The notes: generated from the sequence alone by a model not told the origin. A stretch of DNA of 64,000 nucleotides from Octopus sinensis (GCF_006345805.1 NC_042997.1:89466001-89530000), one strand, 5' to 3'. Shown: positions 1-12,073, counted from the stretch's first letter. Translations and numbers: made by a program.

Positions 1-199
1 TTGCTGGCTTAAGGCAAAAGAAAATATAGGAGGATCAGTTAATTATGATTTTTTTCAACATATTCCCCTCTCAGATTTGCGCACATATTGCAGCAGTTCT
101 TTAGTTTTTCTAAGCCCTGTAAAAGAACTTGGAATTTTGGGACACCATCCAGGCCTTTCATGATACCCTTAAAGCCAGGAACTTTTCAGCACTTTCTCG
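1..199 (-). mobile_element. Mariner-type MITE, about 220 bp, truncated by the window edge
   Basis: Ends in a TIR-like aaagccaggaacttttcagcac...cg|TA. It is the reverse complement of the complete copy at 56895-57113. Confidence 0.7.
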
Positions 200-201
200 T
201 A

Positions 202-240
<39 letters not shown>

Positions 241-560
241 TGTGTGTGTGAGTGAGTATGTGTGTGTATATATATGTATTTATATATAATGTTATAATTC
301 TTTCTTAGGAAATATATAGAACTACTCAGGTTAAACCCAAGAGAAAGGATAAGAATTAAAATAAAAGCTCAAATTAGGCAATCAACTTTTTTTTAAATAT
401 ACACATACATAGTCATAAATTCAATTTAAAATATATATGTATATTAATACATACCACGATACAAAATATATTAAAAAAATATATATAAATATATATAATT
501 CTATAATCCATGTGGATTATTAACTAGAAATTGTAAGAATGTGATTTTCAAATGAGGATA

Positions 561-655
561 CTTTTCCTGATGAAGGAGACATTGTCTGCATGGATTGTAA
601 AATTTCTCTTAAATTTTTCTACTGGGACATGAACTCTGGAAATAGCCGTAGAAAG
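561..655 (+). ncRNA. Degenerate Penelope-type hammerhead ribozyme motif with extended stem II
   Basis: tttc-CTGATGA-A-GGAG...CTCT-G-GAAAT-AGCC-GTA-gaaa. Core and stem I are present; stem III is imperfect. Confidence 0.4.
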
Positions 656-891
656 TAATTTTCCTCTGATTGTATTGTATACTAGTTATATATTTAAAAA
701 AAAGTGGATTGAATTTAGTAATTGAAATTAGTAATTGAAATTTTAGACATTCTTAACTGCTTTTAATTTTAGCATTGAAAAAAATTTTTACTAGTTCTCT
801 TTTCCTCACTTTTTTCCGTATACATCGCATGTATGTCCTATTTACATATATTTTTATATATATTTATATTTAAAAAAAAAATATTTTGTAT

Positions 892-1096
892 TCTTTATTC
901 TTTAACTTGTTTCAGTCATTTGACTGCGACCATGCTGGAGCACCGCCTTTAGTCGTGCAAATCGACCCCAGGACTTATTCTTTTGTAACCCTAGTACTTA
1001 TTCTATTGGTCTCTTTTGCCAAACCGTTAAGTTACGGGGACGTAAACACACCAGCATTGGTTGTCAAGCGATGTTGGTACAAACACAGACACACAA

Positions 1097-1127
<31 letters not shown>

Positions 1128-1274
1128 CGATGGGCTTCTTTCAGTTTCCGTCTACCAAATCCACTCACAAGGCTTTGGTCGGCCCGAGGCTATAGTAGAA
1201 GACACTTATCCAAGGTGCCACGCAGTGGGACTGAACCCATAACCATGTGGTTGGTAAGCAAGCTACTTACCACA
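892..1274 (-). mobile_element. tRNA-derived SINE, family A (most abundant family here)
   Basis: Reverse strand reads tRNA-like head (gtggtaag...ggttcagtcccactgcgtggcaccttgg), central TA/CA microsatellite, conserved body and ...gactgaaacaag tail. More than 15 copies in the window. Confidence 0.85.
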
Positions 1275-1654
1275 GTATCTTGATATGTATTAATATATAT
1301 GTATATTTTAAATTGAATTTATGACTATGTATGCATATATTTAAAAAAAGTTGATTGCCTAATTTGAGCTTTTATTTTAATTCTTATATTAATAGACGTT
1401 AAACGATGATGATGATGATGATGATATATATTTCCTAGCTTTAATTCTAGCATCATTTCTTTAAATTCAGCTTGTACTTGTTCTAAAGCCTTGCAATTTT
1501 CAAGCTAAGAGTTAAATATTATTTTAAGTTAATTAAGCCTAGTAAAAATGTGCTGTTTTCACCTTTTGTTTTGTTTGCTTGAATATTTTATCTCACCACC
1601 CTTATTATATTTTGGGCATGGAGTATCCAAGAAAAATGTGCTATTTTTGCTTTT

Positions 1655-1686
<32 letters not shown>

Positions 1687-1929
1687 ACTGGCTCCCATTA
1701 TTAGTATATTTTTGGCATGGGGTAGCCATGCTGCTCAGTATTGGACTGATAGGACTAGTAGAACATCAGGCAAGATGCCTGATGGTATTTGTTCCAGTTC
1801 TTTGTGTTTTAGTAGCAATACCTGCAACAGCTCAGGTGCCAAGTAGTGTTCCTTTAAAGTAGTGGCCTTTCTCTTGAACAGTATTGATGATACAAAGAAA
1901 GAGCACTTGTATGTATGAGCAACTCCAAT

Positions 1930-2185
1930 TATCATCATCATCATCTAGCTTCTGTTTTCCATGCTGGCATGGGTTAGATGGTTTGACTAAAGCTGGTGAG
2001 CTAGAGAGCTGCACCGTACTCCAGTCTGATTTGGCATAGTTTCTATGGCTGATGCCTTTCTGATGCCAACCACTTTACAGAGTGTGCTGGGTGCTTTTAT
2101 GTAGCACCACATGAGCACATTTACATGGTACGAACATGAGTGCTTTTTATGTGGCACTGGTACAGGACTCTTGTCAGCCAATCCT
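1930..2185 (-). mobile_element. RTE LINE 3'-end fragment
   Basis: (CAT)n followed by the reverse complement of the RTE 3' terminus seen at 18200-18398. Confidence 0.7.
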
Positions 2186-2383
2186 CTTCACCAGGAGTAG
2201 AGGCCTTAACACTTCTGCTGTGGAGTAAGGGTCTTCTTGAGTCGTCTATAAAAGATCTTTTCTTAAACTGTGCATGCAGGTACAGATACTTTACTAACCA
2301 CGACTGATTGAGACCTTATATAACAATGTCAGAAATCAAATTAATATGAAGTAAGTGAAGAAGCTTTGGTTTTTTTCTCTTAG

Positions 2384-2507
2384 CAATTTGAAGAAACATT
2401 TCCGACAACAATTTGGACAAAAGTTACAGAGTAATTTGAAGAAGTTACATATAAAACATCCATTGCATTCACCAATCAAGGATTTAATAGAAAACACTGT
2501 TATTGAG
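2384..2507 (+). CDS. Exon (phase 2 to 0): NLKKHFRQQFGQKLQSNLKKLHIKHPLHSPIKDLIENTVIE, TBC-like N-lobe
   Basis: Acceptor ttttttctcttag|c, donor gag|gtaagt, open frame, joins in frame to the exon at 3485. Confidence 0.85.
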
Positions 2508-3019
2508 GTAAGTTAACTTAAACCATTTCATGGCCAGGTTTCTAATGAAATACATTGTTTATGTGTTGCAATGAATTAAAAAAAAATTTTCATGAAATTG
2601 AAGGAATTTCTTGAAATAACTAATGTCATCATGACTAATAAAAGATACATGAAATTATCATAGAGGTTTTAAATTCAAATATAGACATTTTAAAACATGG
2701 TTTTTGTAGCATAAAACCAGGGATGGTATCAGATAAGATGGTTTGAAAAAAGGTTGGCATCATTTATCTTGAAGAAGAGGGAAAAAAGATATTATCAATA
2801 GGGTTACAGTTTATGTACCCCTTACACAAATTTTATTATATAATCAAAAGTAATTTTTAGCTCAAAATTCACCAGAAAGTTACAGAAAAAACAAAAACAA
2901 AAGGACATTTTTTCTCTACAAATGTGGTCAACTTTTGAATGTACTTTGGTACTAATAACTAGTGTAGTCACCAATATCTGAAAGGAATAAGTTTTTTTTC
3001 TTTGTTGAATGGGACTTAA

Positions 3020-3380
3020 TCAAAGAAGGAAGAGTAGTACTCTCAACCATTTTGAAGGAGTTTTGAGACTGGTGGGAAGTTCCAGAGGAATGACATTCGA
3101 AGAAGAAAGGACTGGGCATAATGGTTTATACTGGGACTGGGGAAAGAAGCTGGGCACAAGGTTGGTGATAGAGGAAAGATAGGAAGGGTTGGAAGCCTGA
3201 ATGGAGCTGAGCCCAGTTAGCTCCATTGAGAAGAGGCCATTATTGTAGCTATAGAAAAAGTAGAGAAAGGAGAGAGGATATCTGTCAGAGGCTGGAGAAT
3301 GTTTGTGAGTGACCAAATGAGAATTAGCTGGGTGATCCTTTTTCTAGATGCAGGCTAGAATGCCTCTGTTCTTTAAAAAT
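3020..3380 (-). mobile_element. Degenerate CR1-like LINE 3' coding fragment
   Basis: Minus-strand peptide PLSFLYFFYSYNNGLFSMELTGL...SFFPQ resembles CR1-clade ORF2 C-termini. Confidence 0.45.
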
Positions 3381-3484
3381 CTCACAAAAATATTTCACTG
3401 ATCACCACTGCATTGCAATGTCCTTCCTTGTATGTTCAGTATTCAATAATGGCCATATCTAACAGTGACTCCATTCCTTTACAG

Positions 3485-3662
3485 ACTTACAACAAGACAC
3501 CATCTATGCAATTGTACAAGTCAACAGCTTACATGAAAGAGGCTTCACGTGTTTTGAATGCTTTATACATTTACAACCAGTCTTATCAACCATTCTATGT
3601 GCTCTGGTTGTTTCCTATGCAGATAGCTCTTGCAGATTTGGCAGACAAAAATAGCACAGAAG
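3485..3662 (+). CDS. Exon (0 to 1): TYNKTPSMQLYKSTAYMKEASRVLNALYIYNQSYQPFYVLWLFPMQIALADLADKNSTE
   Basis: Acceptor cctttacag|, donor gaag|gtaata. TBC-like helix pattern (LNALYIY...YQP). Confidence 0.88.
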
Positions 3663-3971
3663 GTAATAAGAGTCTTTTCTTTTACTTTTTGTTTGTATCA
3701 AAATCATCAACACAGAATAAAATTGAAATTTAATATTTTCAGGGATCTTTGTCCTTTACTTGTTTCAGTCATTGGATTGCAGTCATGCTGCAGTACCACT
3801 CGGAAGGGTCTTAGTTGAACAAATCATCTCCAGTACTTTTTTAAACCTGATACTTACTCTATAGGTCACTTTTGTCAAAGCACTAAGTTATGGGGATGTT
3901 AACAAATCAATACTGGTTTTCAAGCAGTGGGTTGGGGATAAGAAATACAGACCTAAAGATACACAATGTAG

Positions 3972-4035
<64 letters not shown>

Positions 4036-4078
4036 GTACACAGACATACACACAATCTAAGTTAGTTTATGTGAAACA

Positions 4079-4134
4079 TTTTTGAGCGTGCTCATAAAAA
4101 GCTCCTATACTATTTATTCTAGCTACTTCTTATT
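4079..4134. repeat. 56-bp direct repeat, copy 1 (copy 2 at 5605-5660)
   Basis: tttttgagcRtgctcataaaaagctcctatactatttattctagctacttcttatt, one mismatch between the copies. Confidence 0.9.
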
Positions 4135-4601
4135 ATTTCTATCTTCCAGAGTAATTTTGTGGGATGGTTATTAGTCTGGTGCTGCTATTGAGTTAGTTCA
4201 TTCTTGACTAAACCGAGCAGGAGGAGACACATGGGTTGGAGAATTGCTGAAGATGTCACAGGACGTGTGACAAAAGATTTCAGACAAAGGACACTAAAAT
4301 AATAACAATAATAAAGCCGAAGTGAAAAACAAGTAAAAAAAGAAAAGAAACCATCCTGAAATATAACAATCCTCATCATCATCATCATCGTCGCCTTCCA
4401 TGCTGTCATGGGTGGGTTGTCACTGGATCTACATAAGGAATTCCACAGTGCACATTGAGTATAGTAGAAACGATTGATATGGAAGGTAGAAACCAAGTTA
4501 TATCACCTGAGGTGATGCTTCTGCATTGTGGGGTGCATTAGAATTCATTGTATAGTTTCCCACTCACAAGAGAGTGGTGCAGAATGTGTGGAAACGACCA
4601 T

Positions 4602-4602
4602 T

Positions 4603-4634
<32 letters not shown>

Positions 4635-5481
4635 ATTTGGCTCAAAAGCAAATAGCAAGGCCATGTAGGGGGACATGGAGTTAAGTACAGGGTGGTGTTC
4701 ATGTAAAGAGTTCAGGCCACTTGAGGTCCAGGGAGGCTTTGAACAAAGCGGTCGTCGGCATCTTCACCATCTCGTCTGGCAGCTTGTTCCATGGATCTGC
4801 AACCCGGACGGAGAAAGCTCCTCTCCTTCGATTGAGATGAAATCGTCACAGGTAGAGCTTTTCGGAATGACCCCGCAGCCGACGCTCCGGAGCAGGAGTG
4901 AAGAACAGCTCTTTCGAGAGGTTACACTTCCCGCTTATGATGTTGTGGGCGAGAATGAGATCACCACGGCGGCGGCGTTTTTCAAGAGAATAAAGGTCGA
5001 GCGTCCTCAGCCTTTCTTCGTAGGACAAATTTTTGAGACCATGAACCATGCGGGTAGCCAGCCTCTGGACTCTTTTGAGATGCTGTATGTCTTTGAGGAG
5101 ATAAGGAGAAGAGGCTTGAATCCCATACTCCAATATGGGTCTCACCAGCGTGACATAGAGTGGCAGGAATATGGCTGCTGTGAGCATTCCGAATGACCGT
5201 CGAATCAAAAACAGAATTCCGCGTGCTTTGTTGGCAGCATTGACGCACTGGGCCGAAGGCGAAAAGGAGGAATCCACCAAGATACCCAGGTCCTTTACCT
5301 GATCGGTCCTCTCCAGCAGCAGACGACCCGGCTCGAAATCAAGTTGAGTTGCAGGAGTAGAGCCGACAGGCAGATGACAGCACTTTGACACGTTCAGACA
5401 CAGGTCCCAATCGTTAGACCACTTCCAAATTTGGTGGAGGCATCGACGAAGATCCTCTATACTACCGCGAGGAGCGACCAG
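4602..5481 (-). mobile_element. CR1-clade LINE, 5'-truncated, with (TAAC)n tail
   Basis: Peptide KDLGILVDSSFSPSAQC...LYVTLVRPILEY...VQRLATRMV...YEERL...RRRRGDLI...RVADPWNKLP. One in-frame TGA near 4845; tail at 4602-4632. Confidence 0.92.
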
Positions 5482-5737
5482 GTGATAAAGTTTCCAGTTA
5501 TTCTATCTTCTGTATCAGTTGTTTCTACTATACACACACATACACACACGCACACACACACACACACACACACGCACACACACACACGCACACACACACA
5601 CACGTTTTTGAGCATGCTCATAAAAAGCTCCTATACTATTTATTCTAGCTACTTCTTATTCAAAATGTGACCACGTGTGTACCGTTGGCAATTTTTTTTC
5701 CTCTGTCTTCCCTTCTCTGGATCTTTCCTTCTCCTAT

Positions 5738-5772
5738 GTTTCTGATGAAGAGCTCTGCTCGAAACGTTAAAC
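5738..5772 (+). ncRNA. Minimal type I hammerhead ribozyme motif (Penelope-like pLTR remnant)
   Basis: GTTT-CTGATGA-A-GAGC-TCT-GCTC-GAAAC-GTT-AAAC: intact core, stems I and II, palindromic AACGTT stem III. Confidence 0.75.
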
Positions 5773-6153
5773 CCTCCTTCTTTCTTTCCTGAGCATCCAA
5801 TAATACTATATTTGTTCCATGTCCTCACGTTGTTGTGTTTTTTTGTGCTTTCATGTTTGGATTAACTATATATATATATATATATATACATACAATGGGC
5901 TTCCACACAGATTATACCTACTAAATTCACTCAGAAGGCTCCAGGGCTATAGTAGAAAACACTTGCTGCCCAAGGTGTCACATAGTTGGACTGATCCCAA
6001 AACCACATGGTTGCAATGTGAGATTCTCAGCCACATTGCCAGAAATTTCTTTTTGATTTACAGGAAACAGCTATTCCTACATCTTTTGTAGGTCTTCTGA
6101 GACCAGTTAAGTCTGCCAAATTTTGAAACCAATTAATATCTTAATAATTGCAG

Positions 6154-6332
6154 GAGAGGAAATCTATGAACTTGCCATGTTACTACATCTGTTGGAATCA
6201 AGATGTTTCCCTTCCTGGGCCATAATGTCTGTTATTGCTGAAAATGTCATGGCAACACTTGAACTGAAGGATTTAGAACTTTATAAACATCTTAAGCATG
6301 TAGCAACTATAAATGCACAAGTGAACCCTAAG
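6154..6332 (+). CDS. Exon (1 to 0): (G)EEIYELAMLLHLLESRCFPSWAIMSVIAENVMATLELKDLELYKHLKHVATINAQVNPK
   Basis: Acceptor aattgcag|, donor aag|gtgggt. The 'L...D.ELY.HL' motif is typical of the TBC C-lobe. Confidence 0.9.
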
Positions 6333-6389
6333 GTGGGTGGAACATCCTACATTTCTGTTTTCCTTTTTCTTTCTTTGCATTTTCTTCAT

Positions 6390-6680
6390 TCTCATGGCTG
6401 TTGTCTTCATTGTTGATGTTGTCATTGTCCCCTTCCTCCTCCCACTCCACTATCACCACTACTGCTGCTGCCACTATCACTGCCACTGCCACCACTGCTT
6501 TGGTCACTGGTTCTGCTACTGCCACCACCACTGCTGCTACTGCTGCCGCCACCATTGCTGCCACCACTATCACCACCACCACCATTGCTGCCACCAACAC
6601 CATTTGTTTCTGCTCCTCTTCCTCCTCCTTCTCACCACCATCACCACCACCACTACCACCACCACCACTATCATCATTTT
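6390..6680. repeat. Imperfect CAC/CTG/CAT trinucleotide array
   Basis: Visible triplet periodicity; it explains the low-complexity ORFs in several frames. Confidence 0.9.
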
Positions 6681-9056
6681 GTTGCTTCATCCTATTTGTG
6701 CTGCATTGAGTTTAATTATGTTTCCTATGAAACCATAAATCATGTTCTAGAATGAGAAGCATTTTGTACCTACTATGTAAAAGATTTTTTTTCTTCTACT
6801 CTTCATACCTGTTCTTTGTATTGAGGACTTTCCAGCATCTAGTAAAACATGTTTTCTGTACTGCACCTATCTCCAGATTAAGCTCAGGGTTTCCAAGGTT
6901 TGCTCTCAGATTCTTTGCCATAGTTCCCAAAGCCCATTGATAACTGACAAGATCCATGGCCTCATAAACTTCTTTTACAACATTTGAGGATTTCATGCTT
7001 TATATTTGTATAATGCTCTTTTTAACTCTGGTTTCAAATGGGTTTTATTAATTGAGCTGACAGAATTGTTAACGTGCTGGATGAAATGCTTAGCAGCATT
7101 TTTTTCCCATCTTTACATTTAAGTTCTGATGAGGTTGACTTTGCTTTTCTCCCTTTCAGGGTCGATAAAATAAGTACTAGTTGAGCACTGGGATCAATGT
7201 AAATTACTTCCCTCTCCCTTAAAAATTTCAGGGCTTTCTATCTATCATAGAAAGGATTATTATTATTGAGTGAGAGAGCAGTGCTTTCCATCAAAGTGAC
7301 ACTGGAGTACAAATATACAAAACCCAATATACCCATCATGACTATCCATCTGATAAGAATAAACCAAGCACATGTATCACAACCATATGTGAGCAACATG
7401 GTGTTCACATATCAAGATAAACAGCACATGACCTTGCAGGTGGGGCCCAGTTAGAATTTTCTTCAGGTTGAGTAGCCCATCCCACTCAAAATGTCCCTGA
7501 ATAAGATTTGTTTAAGGATGATGAATGAAATACCCATATTTCCAGAGGTAAATTATTCAAGCCTCAAAGAATTCCTCTCAACACATGGCTATGATGTTCC
7601 CCCACTACTCCTGCTCATGATCAGCGATGCATATATCATCAGCCACTAAGGGACATGCTCAACTAGTTAAGGTCAAGCAACTGACAAGCAAATCTGTGGT
7701 ATTGAGTAGAATATTTGCTGTAGCCCATCTTCTACCCCAAGACAAAATGTTATATGATAACACATCCAACCAGTTAAGATCAGAAGCCAGTATTATTGTT
7801 GGTGTTGTTGTTTGCCTTTGCTTTTATTTGTTTGTGCTACTTCCAAGTCTTATCCACAGACATTAAGGGGCAACAAGTTTTTGCACCTAAACATGCAAAC
7901 AGATGAGGCACCATGCAATTGAAAAACTGATGTCTGTGTGTTATAAAAAAAAGCTATTTTTATAAAATTTATAATAAAACAATGAATAAGTTTGTGCTTA
8001 TATAGAGAGGAATTCGCATAAGATATTTGGGGTACCCATAAGTATGACCTTTTGCGATTTGCTTATTCTAAGGCTGTCAGGAATTTGGTCAATACATTTG
8101 TTAGCTCCTTTTGATATCATTCCAAGTGCTCCACTATGAATAAGGTAATGTTGTTGCTTTGAGATGCCACATTCTTCTGACTTCTGTCTCCAAGTCCTTG
8201 TATTTGCTCAGTTTCTCAAATGTTTTCAGAGATGTCTTTGAGCACAAGGGTTGCAACATCTCTCAAAAGATGCTTTTTCAACATTGATTCACAATGACAT
8301 CATCATCATCATCACCACCACCATTGTCATTGATATTGTCCTCCCCCCTTTCCCTCTCCCCCTCCACCCACCCCTCCCTTCCTCCACGCCCTGCACTCCC
8401 CCCATCCACCACTCTCCTCCTCCTCCTCTTCCTCAGCCCCCCCTCCTCATGATGATCATGATGATGAAGGGTAGTGGACTGAAAATGTAGCATTTCTTTT
8501 GGTTCTTTACCTTATAAAATTCACTTCAACTTTGTCTTTTATCTTTCCAGGGTCGATAAGATAAATTATCATTTAAGCACTCTGGAGTGGGGTGGGTGTC
8601 TTGTGATCAACTAACTGCCCCCACCCTTCAAAATTGCTAACTTTGTGTCTAAATTAGAAACAGTTACCTTGGTCATCACCATCATCATCGTCATTGTTCT
8701 CGTCGTCGTCATAATCATCGTCATCCTCCTCATCATCATTATCAGCCCCCTTCTCTTCCACCTGCTCACTTTATCCAAACACCACCATCTTCCTTGTTCT
8801 CCTTTCCTCCTTTCTTTCTCATCTTACTATTTTCCTTAATTCTTCTTCCTCTTTCTCCTTTTTGCCCTCTCTTTCCTCTTCCTCTTTTTCTCATTTTCCT
8901 CATATCTTTCTCCCCTATCCGCTTTCATCTTTCACTTTCCTCCTCTCCTTCTTCACCCCCCCCCCCCTGTCATTGTGCCCTCCGTTTCATCTCCATCATC
9001 ATTACCACTATCTTCATTTACTGTAATCAAATCTCTTAAATTGTCTAATTCTTCAG

Positions 9057-9215
9057 GATTGCTTGGTCCATTTGATGGAGGAAGAAAGGACACTTGCTGA
9101 GAATTTGGTACTGTCTAAGTCCACCAACAAAATCAAGAAAACCAGTAAAAGACTGCCAACCACAAGGCTGTCTTTGGCACAACCGATAATGTTTATCAGG
9201 CAGTGGATTGGAGAG
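9057..9215 (+). CDS. Exon (0 to 0): DCLVHLMEEERTLAENLVLSKSTNKIKKTSKRLPTTRLSLAQPIMFIRQWIGE
   Basis: Acceptor attcttcag|, donor gag|gtacag. FIRQWIGE continues into AFVG, the TBC 'W...F' motif. Confidence 0.88.
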
Positions 9216-9299
9216 GTACAGGGGATTGATAGGGACAAAGTTGGATGGGGATAGTGGAATTCTTGTTTGGGTAATGGAACACAGTGTCAGTAATTTGTG

Positions 9300-9553
9300 T
9301 ATGGTATAATCATCACCATCCTCATCTTCACATTTACACTTTCTTCTTGCATCATCAAAATCATCGTCATCATTGTCATAATCATTGTCATGGTCATCAC
9401 TGTTATCATCATCATTGCCGTTGTTGTTGACGTCACTGTCATCATCATCATCATCATCATCATCATTGTTGTCATTGTCATCATTGTAATCATCTTCATC
9501 ATCGTTGTTATTATTTTCATCATTGCCATCATCATCATCATCATCGTCATTGC

Positions 9554-9584
<31 letters not shown>

Positions 9585-9655
9585 TTCGTCATTGTCAGCA
9601 TCATTATCATCATCATCATCATCATCATCAATATCATCTTCAACTTCATCATTAG
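9300..9655. repeat. Long imperfect (CAT)n array
   Basis: Tandem cat/cgt/tgt triplets. Confidence 0.92.
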
Positions 9656-10598
9656 TTAGCAAATTAGCAGAGCTGTTTGACAGTGACTTGACAGAGCATT
9701 TGTTCTGGCTTTCTGCTTTCTTTGAAGATCACCTTTACCTTTCATTCTTCTAGGAGTTGAAGAGATAAGATTCCAGTAAAAGATGGGGAAATAATGGAAT
9801 TATTAAGGGCATCACATATGATGTTGTGCATTTATTCCAGTCCTTTGTGTTGTGGATTCTTGGCTGGTAGATTTAACCTGTAACCAAATTTAACACCAAC
9901 ACCTGCTCATTGGGTAGATTTAGTAGAGGTCACTCTGTTATATGCATTCAGTGTGCAGGATTCTATTTGAGGACAACTTCTTGACTGTCTTAAAAAGAAA
10001 AGTCTATATTGGATAATGTTGCTCTGAATTTACTGAGGAAGAAATAAGATGGTCATGACTGGAATGCCTTTGATCATAAGTCTGCTACATCAAAGTTTAC
10101 CTAGGGTTAAACAATTACAACAAACATTGTTCCAGTAATGTTGTTCCAGTCTGGTGTTTAATGTTAATTTCTGAAAAATAATTTGGATGAGAGACAAAAT
10201 CCTTCTGGATGTAACTCTTGTCCCTTGCAGACATATTCTCCAGAAGTTCTGTCTAGATAAACTGGAATGTTTAGAATGTAATATACTGACCAGAGTTACA
10301 AGAAAAATACTTCACAGACACTTTTAATTTATTACTTAGGATGGGAAAGGCAGCACCCATAACCCTTTATTTGAGTCTCTGGGACTGGAGGTAAAGAGGA
10401 AAGAAGCTATTCTCAATCCAAAAACCTTGTTCAAATGTTTACAACAGATTGAACTCCACTAAAGGCCTAGAACTCCACCGGGGACTAGACAGTACTGTTA
10501 AACTGCTGGGTGAAAGATAAATATTACCGCTTGGTATTAATACTGCTTCTGTCGTTAATTTTATTTTTTTAAAAACTCAGAATGTTTTGAATGGTGCT

Positions 10599-10825
10599 TT
10601 AACTCTTTAACATTTAGATAACTCTATCAAATGTAATACTTATTTATTAATATTGCCATAAATTAATCATGCATTATCTCATAGCTTCAAGATTTTAATG
10701 ATGCGATTGTTTATTTATCAAATAACATTATAAGGTAGTGTGAGAGGCTGGATCTCACTGGTTTGAATATGAAACAGGTAGAATATTTGGGTTAGATATG
10801 GCTGATTTAAAAGCTAAAGGGTTAA
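10599..10825. mobile_element. TTAA-flanked piggyBac-like MITE (related copies at 20488-20691, ~52146-52370, ~39330-39545)
   Basis: TTAA at both ends, imperfect TIRs of the CCCTTTAGCAT type, shared internal sequence among copies. Confidence 0.6.
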
Positions 10826-12073
10826 CGATTCTGTTGTTCTACTACTCTGGTCTGGTACATTATTTTATTGAGTTCAAATGAATGAAATGCTAATTTGATC
10901 TTGATGAAATTTGAACTCAGAGTACAGAGAGCTGGAACAAATACCAAAAGGTATTTTTCTCCTTTGCATTAATGATTTTAATAGTTTCCTGAACCCACAA
11001 TCCTTGAATTGGTCAATAAATTCTGTATTTATACAACAGCAGCCACAGACTGTACCTTACCATCTAAAAATGGGCACCCTAGATAGTTTTGTATTTGGTC
11101 ATGGATGGAACACCCTTGATTATATATCTAATGTGAAATTTAAAAAATTCAGTCAATGAGCACCAGTGACCTTTATCTTATTACTTATTTATTTTTTAGT
11201 GTCTTTCAAACTGTGTCTCCTGCAGTCACAGTTCCTCTGAACTTATTAACCTAGTGGGCTTCACCTTAGCCCCTTTACTTCTTCCACTCCTCCTCTCCCC
11301 CCTCCTTCTCATTCTATCATTATCCCTACTCCATCTAATTTCTCAGAACTTGTATTAAATATTTTAACCTAATATTTCCTGTCCAAGTCTACATTTCCCC
11401 AATGACTTCTTCCTCACCGTGGGCATCCCACTACCAACCATTAACCTTCAAAAATTCAAAATAACTAGCACCCAATTATATCTAATTATACCAAGCCTTG
11501 GGTAGCAACTAAAGACAAAAAAAAAAGGTAAGGGGTTTACTTATTCTTAATTTAATAAAGTAATAAATTGATAAATTAGTAAAAGACTTCTCTCTGGTGA
11601 GAAATTTTGACTGAGGATAGTTACTGTTACCACCTACAGTTGCTTCTGGAGTAAGAGAGAGTGTGAGAGAGAGAGAGTTTACTGAGAAATAGAAGAGAGG
11701 GCAAAGATTCCCTTTAAGTGGGGAGAACTGCTTCAAAGCTTATAAAATTTTTTTTTTCTTATTCTTATGAGTGATAGAGCATATGAAGTAATATTTCCAT
11801 ATAATCCATATTTTTAGGCGTCTTAATAATTGTAGATAGTGCCTTCGGCCTTCTTATGGGTTCCTCAGTATTACATAATTTGAGATCATAAAATTAATTG
11901 GTTTATATTCATTTAAAATCTTTAAGAATTACATATGATCAATTGTCTCTCTGTTTTCACTAGATAATAAAGTTGGTAATTTTATTTCTGCAGTTCTTTG
12001 CACATTTTCCATACTAAGAAATAATTTCCTAAACCATAATCCCATATTTGCTAAATTTTTTACTCTATTTCAG

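Larger units (their letters stand above)
349..1387. repeat. Long inverted repeat (arms 349-~500 and ~845-890 plus 1276-1387), right arm split by a SINE
   Basis: 349-453 is the near-exact reverse complement of 1284-1387 (ataagaattaaaataaaagctcaaattaggcaatcaac...). Confidence 0.85.

Noticed and set aside
2281-2383. Apparent upstream exon (PRLIETLYNNVRNQINM) followed by a 33-nt gtaagt...tag intron
   Set aside because: An in-frame TAA lies before any credible acceptor, and 33 nt is implausibly short for an intron. The true upstream exon is probably outside the window.
4675-5196. 173-aa plus-strand ORF
   Set aside because: It is the antisense shadow of the CR1 coding fragment on the minus strand.
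9045-9753. Long Asp/Asn-, Met-, Ile- and Ser-rich ORFs (also 6328-6755, 8251-8493, 14113-14593, 32844-33381, 42059-42296, 54067-54456)
   Set aside because: Translations of tri-, tetra- and dinucleotide repeats that lack stop codons; there is no splice or protein-family support.
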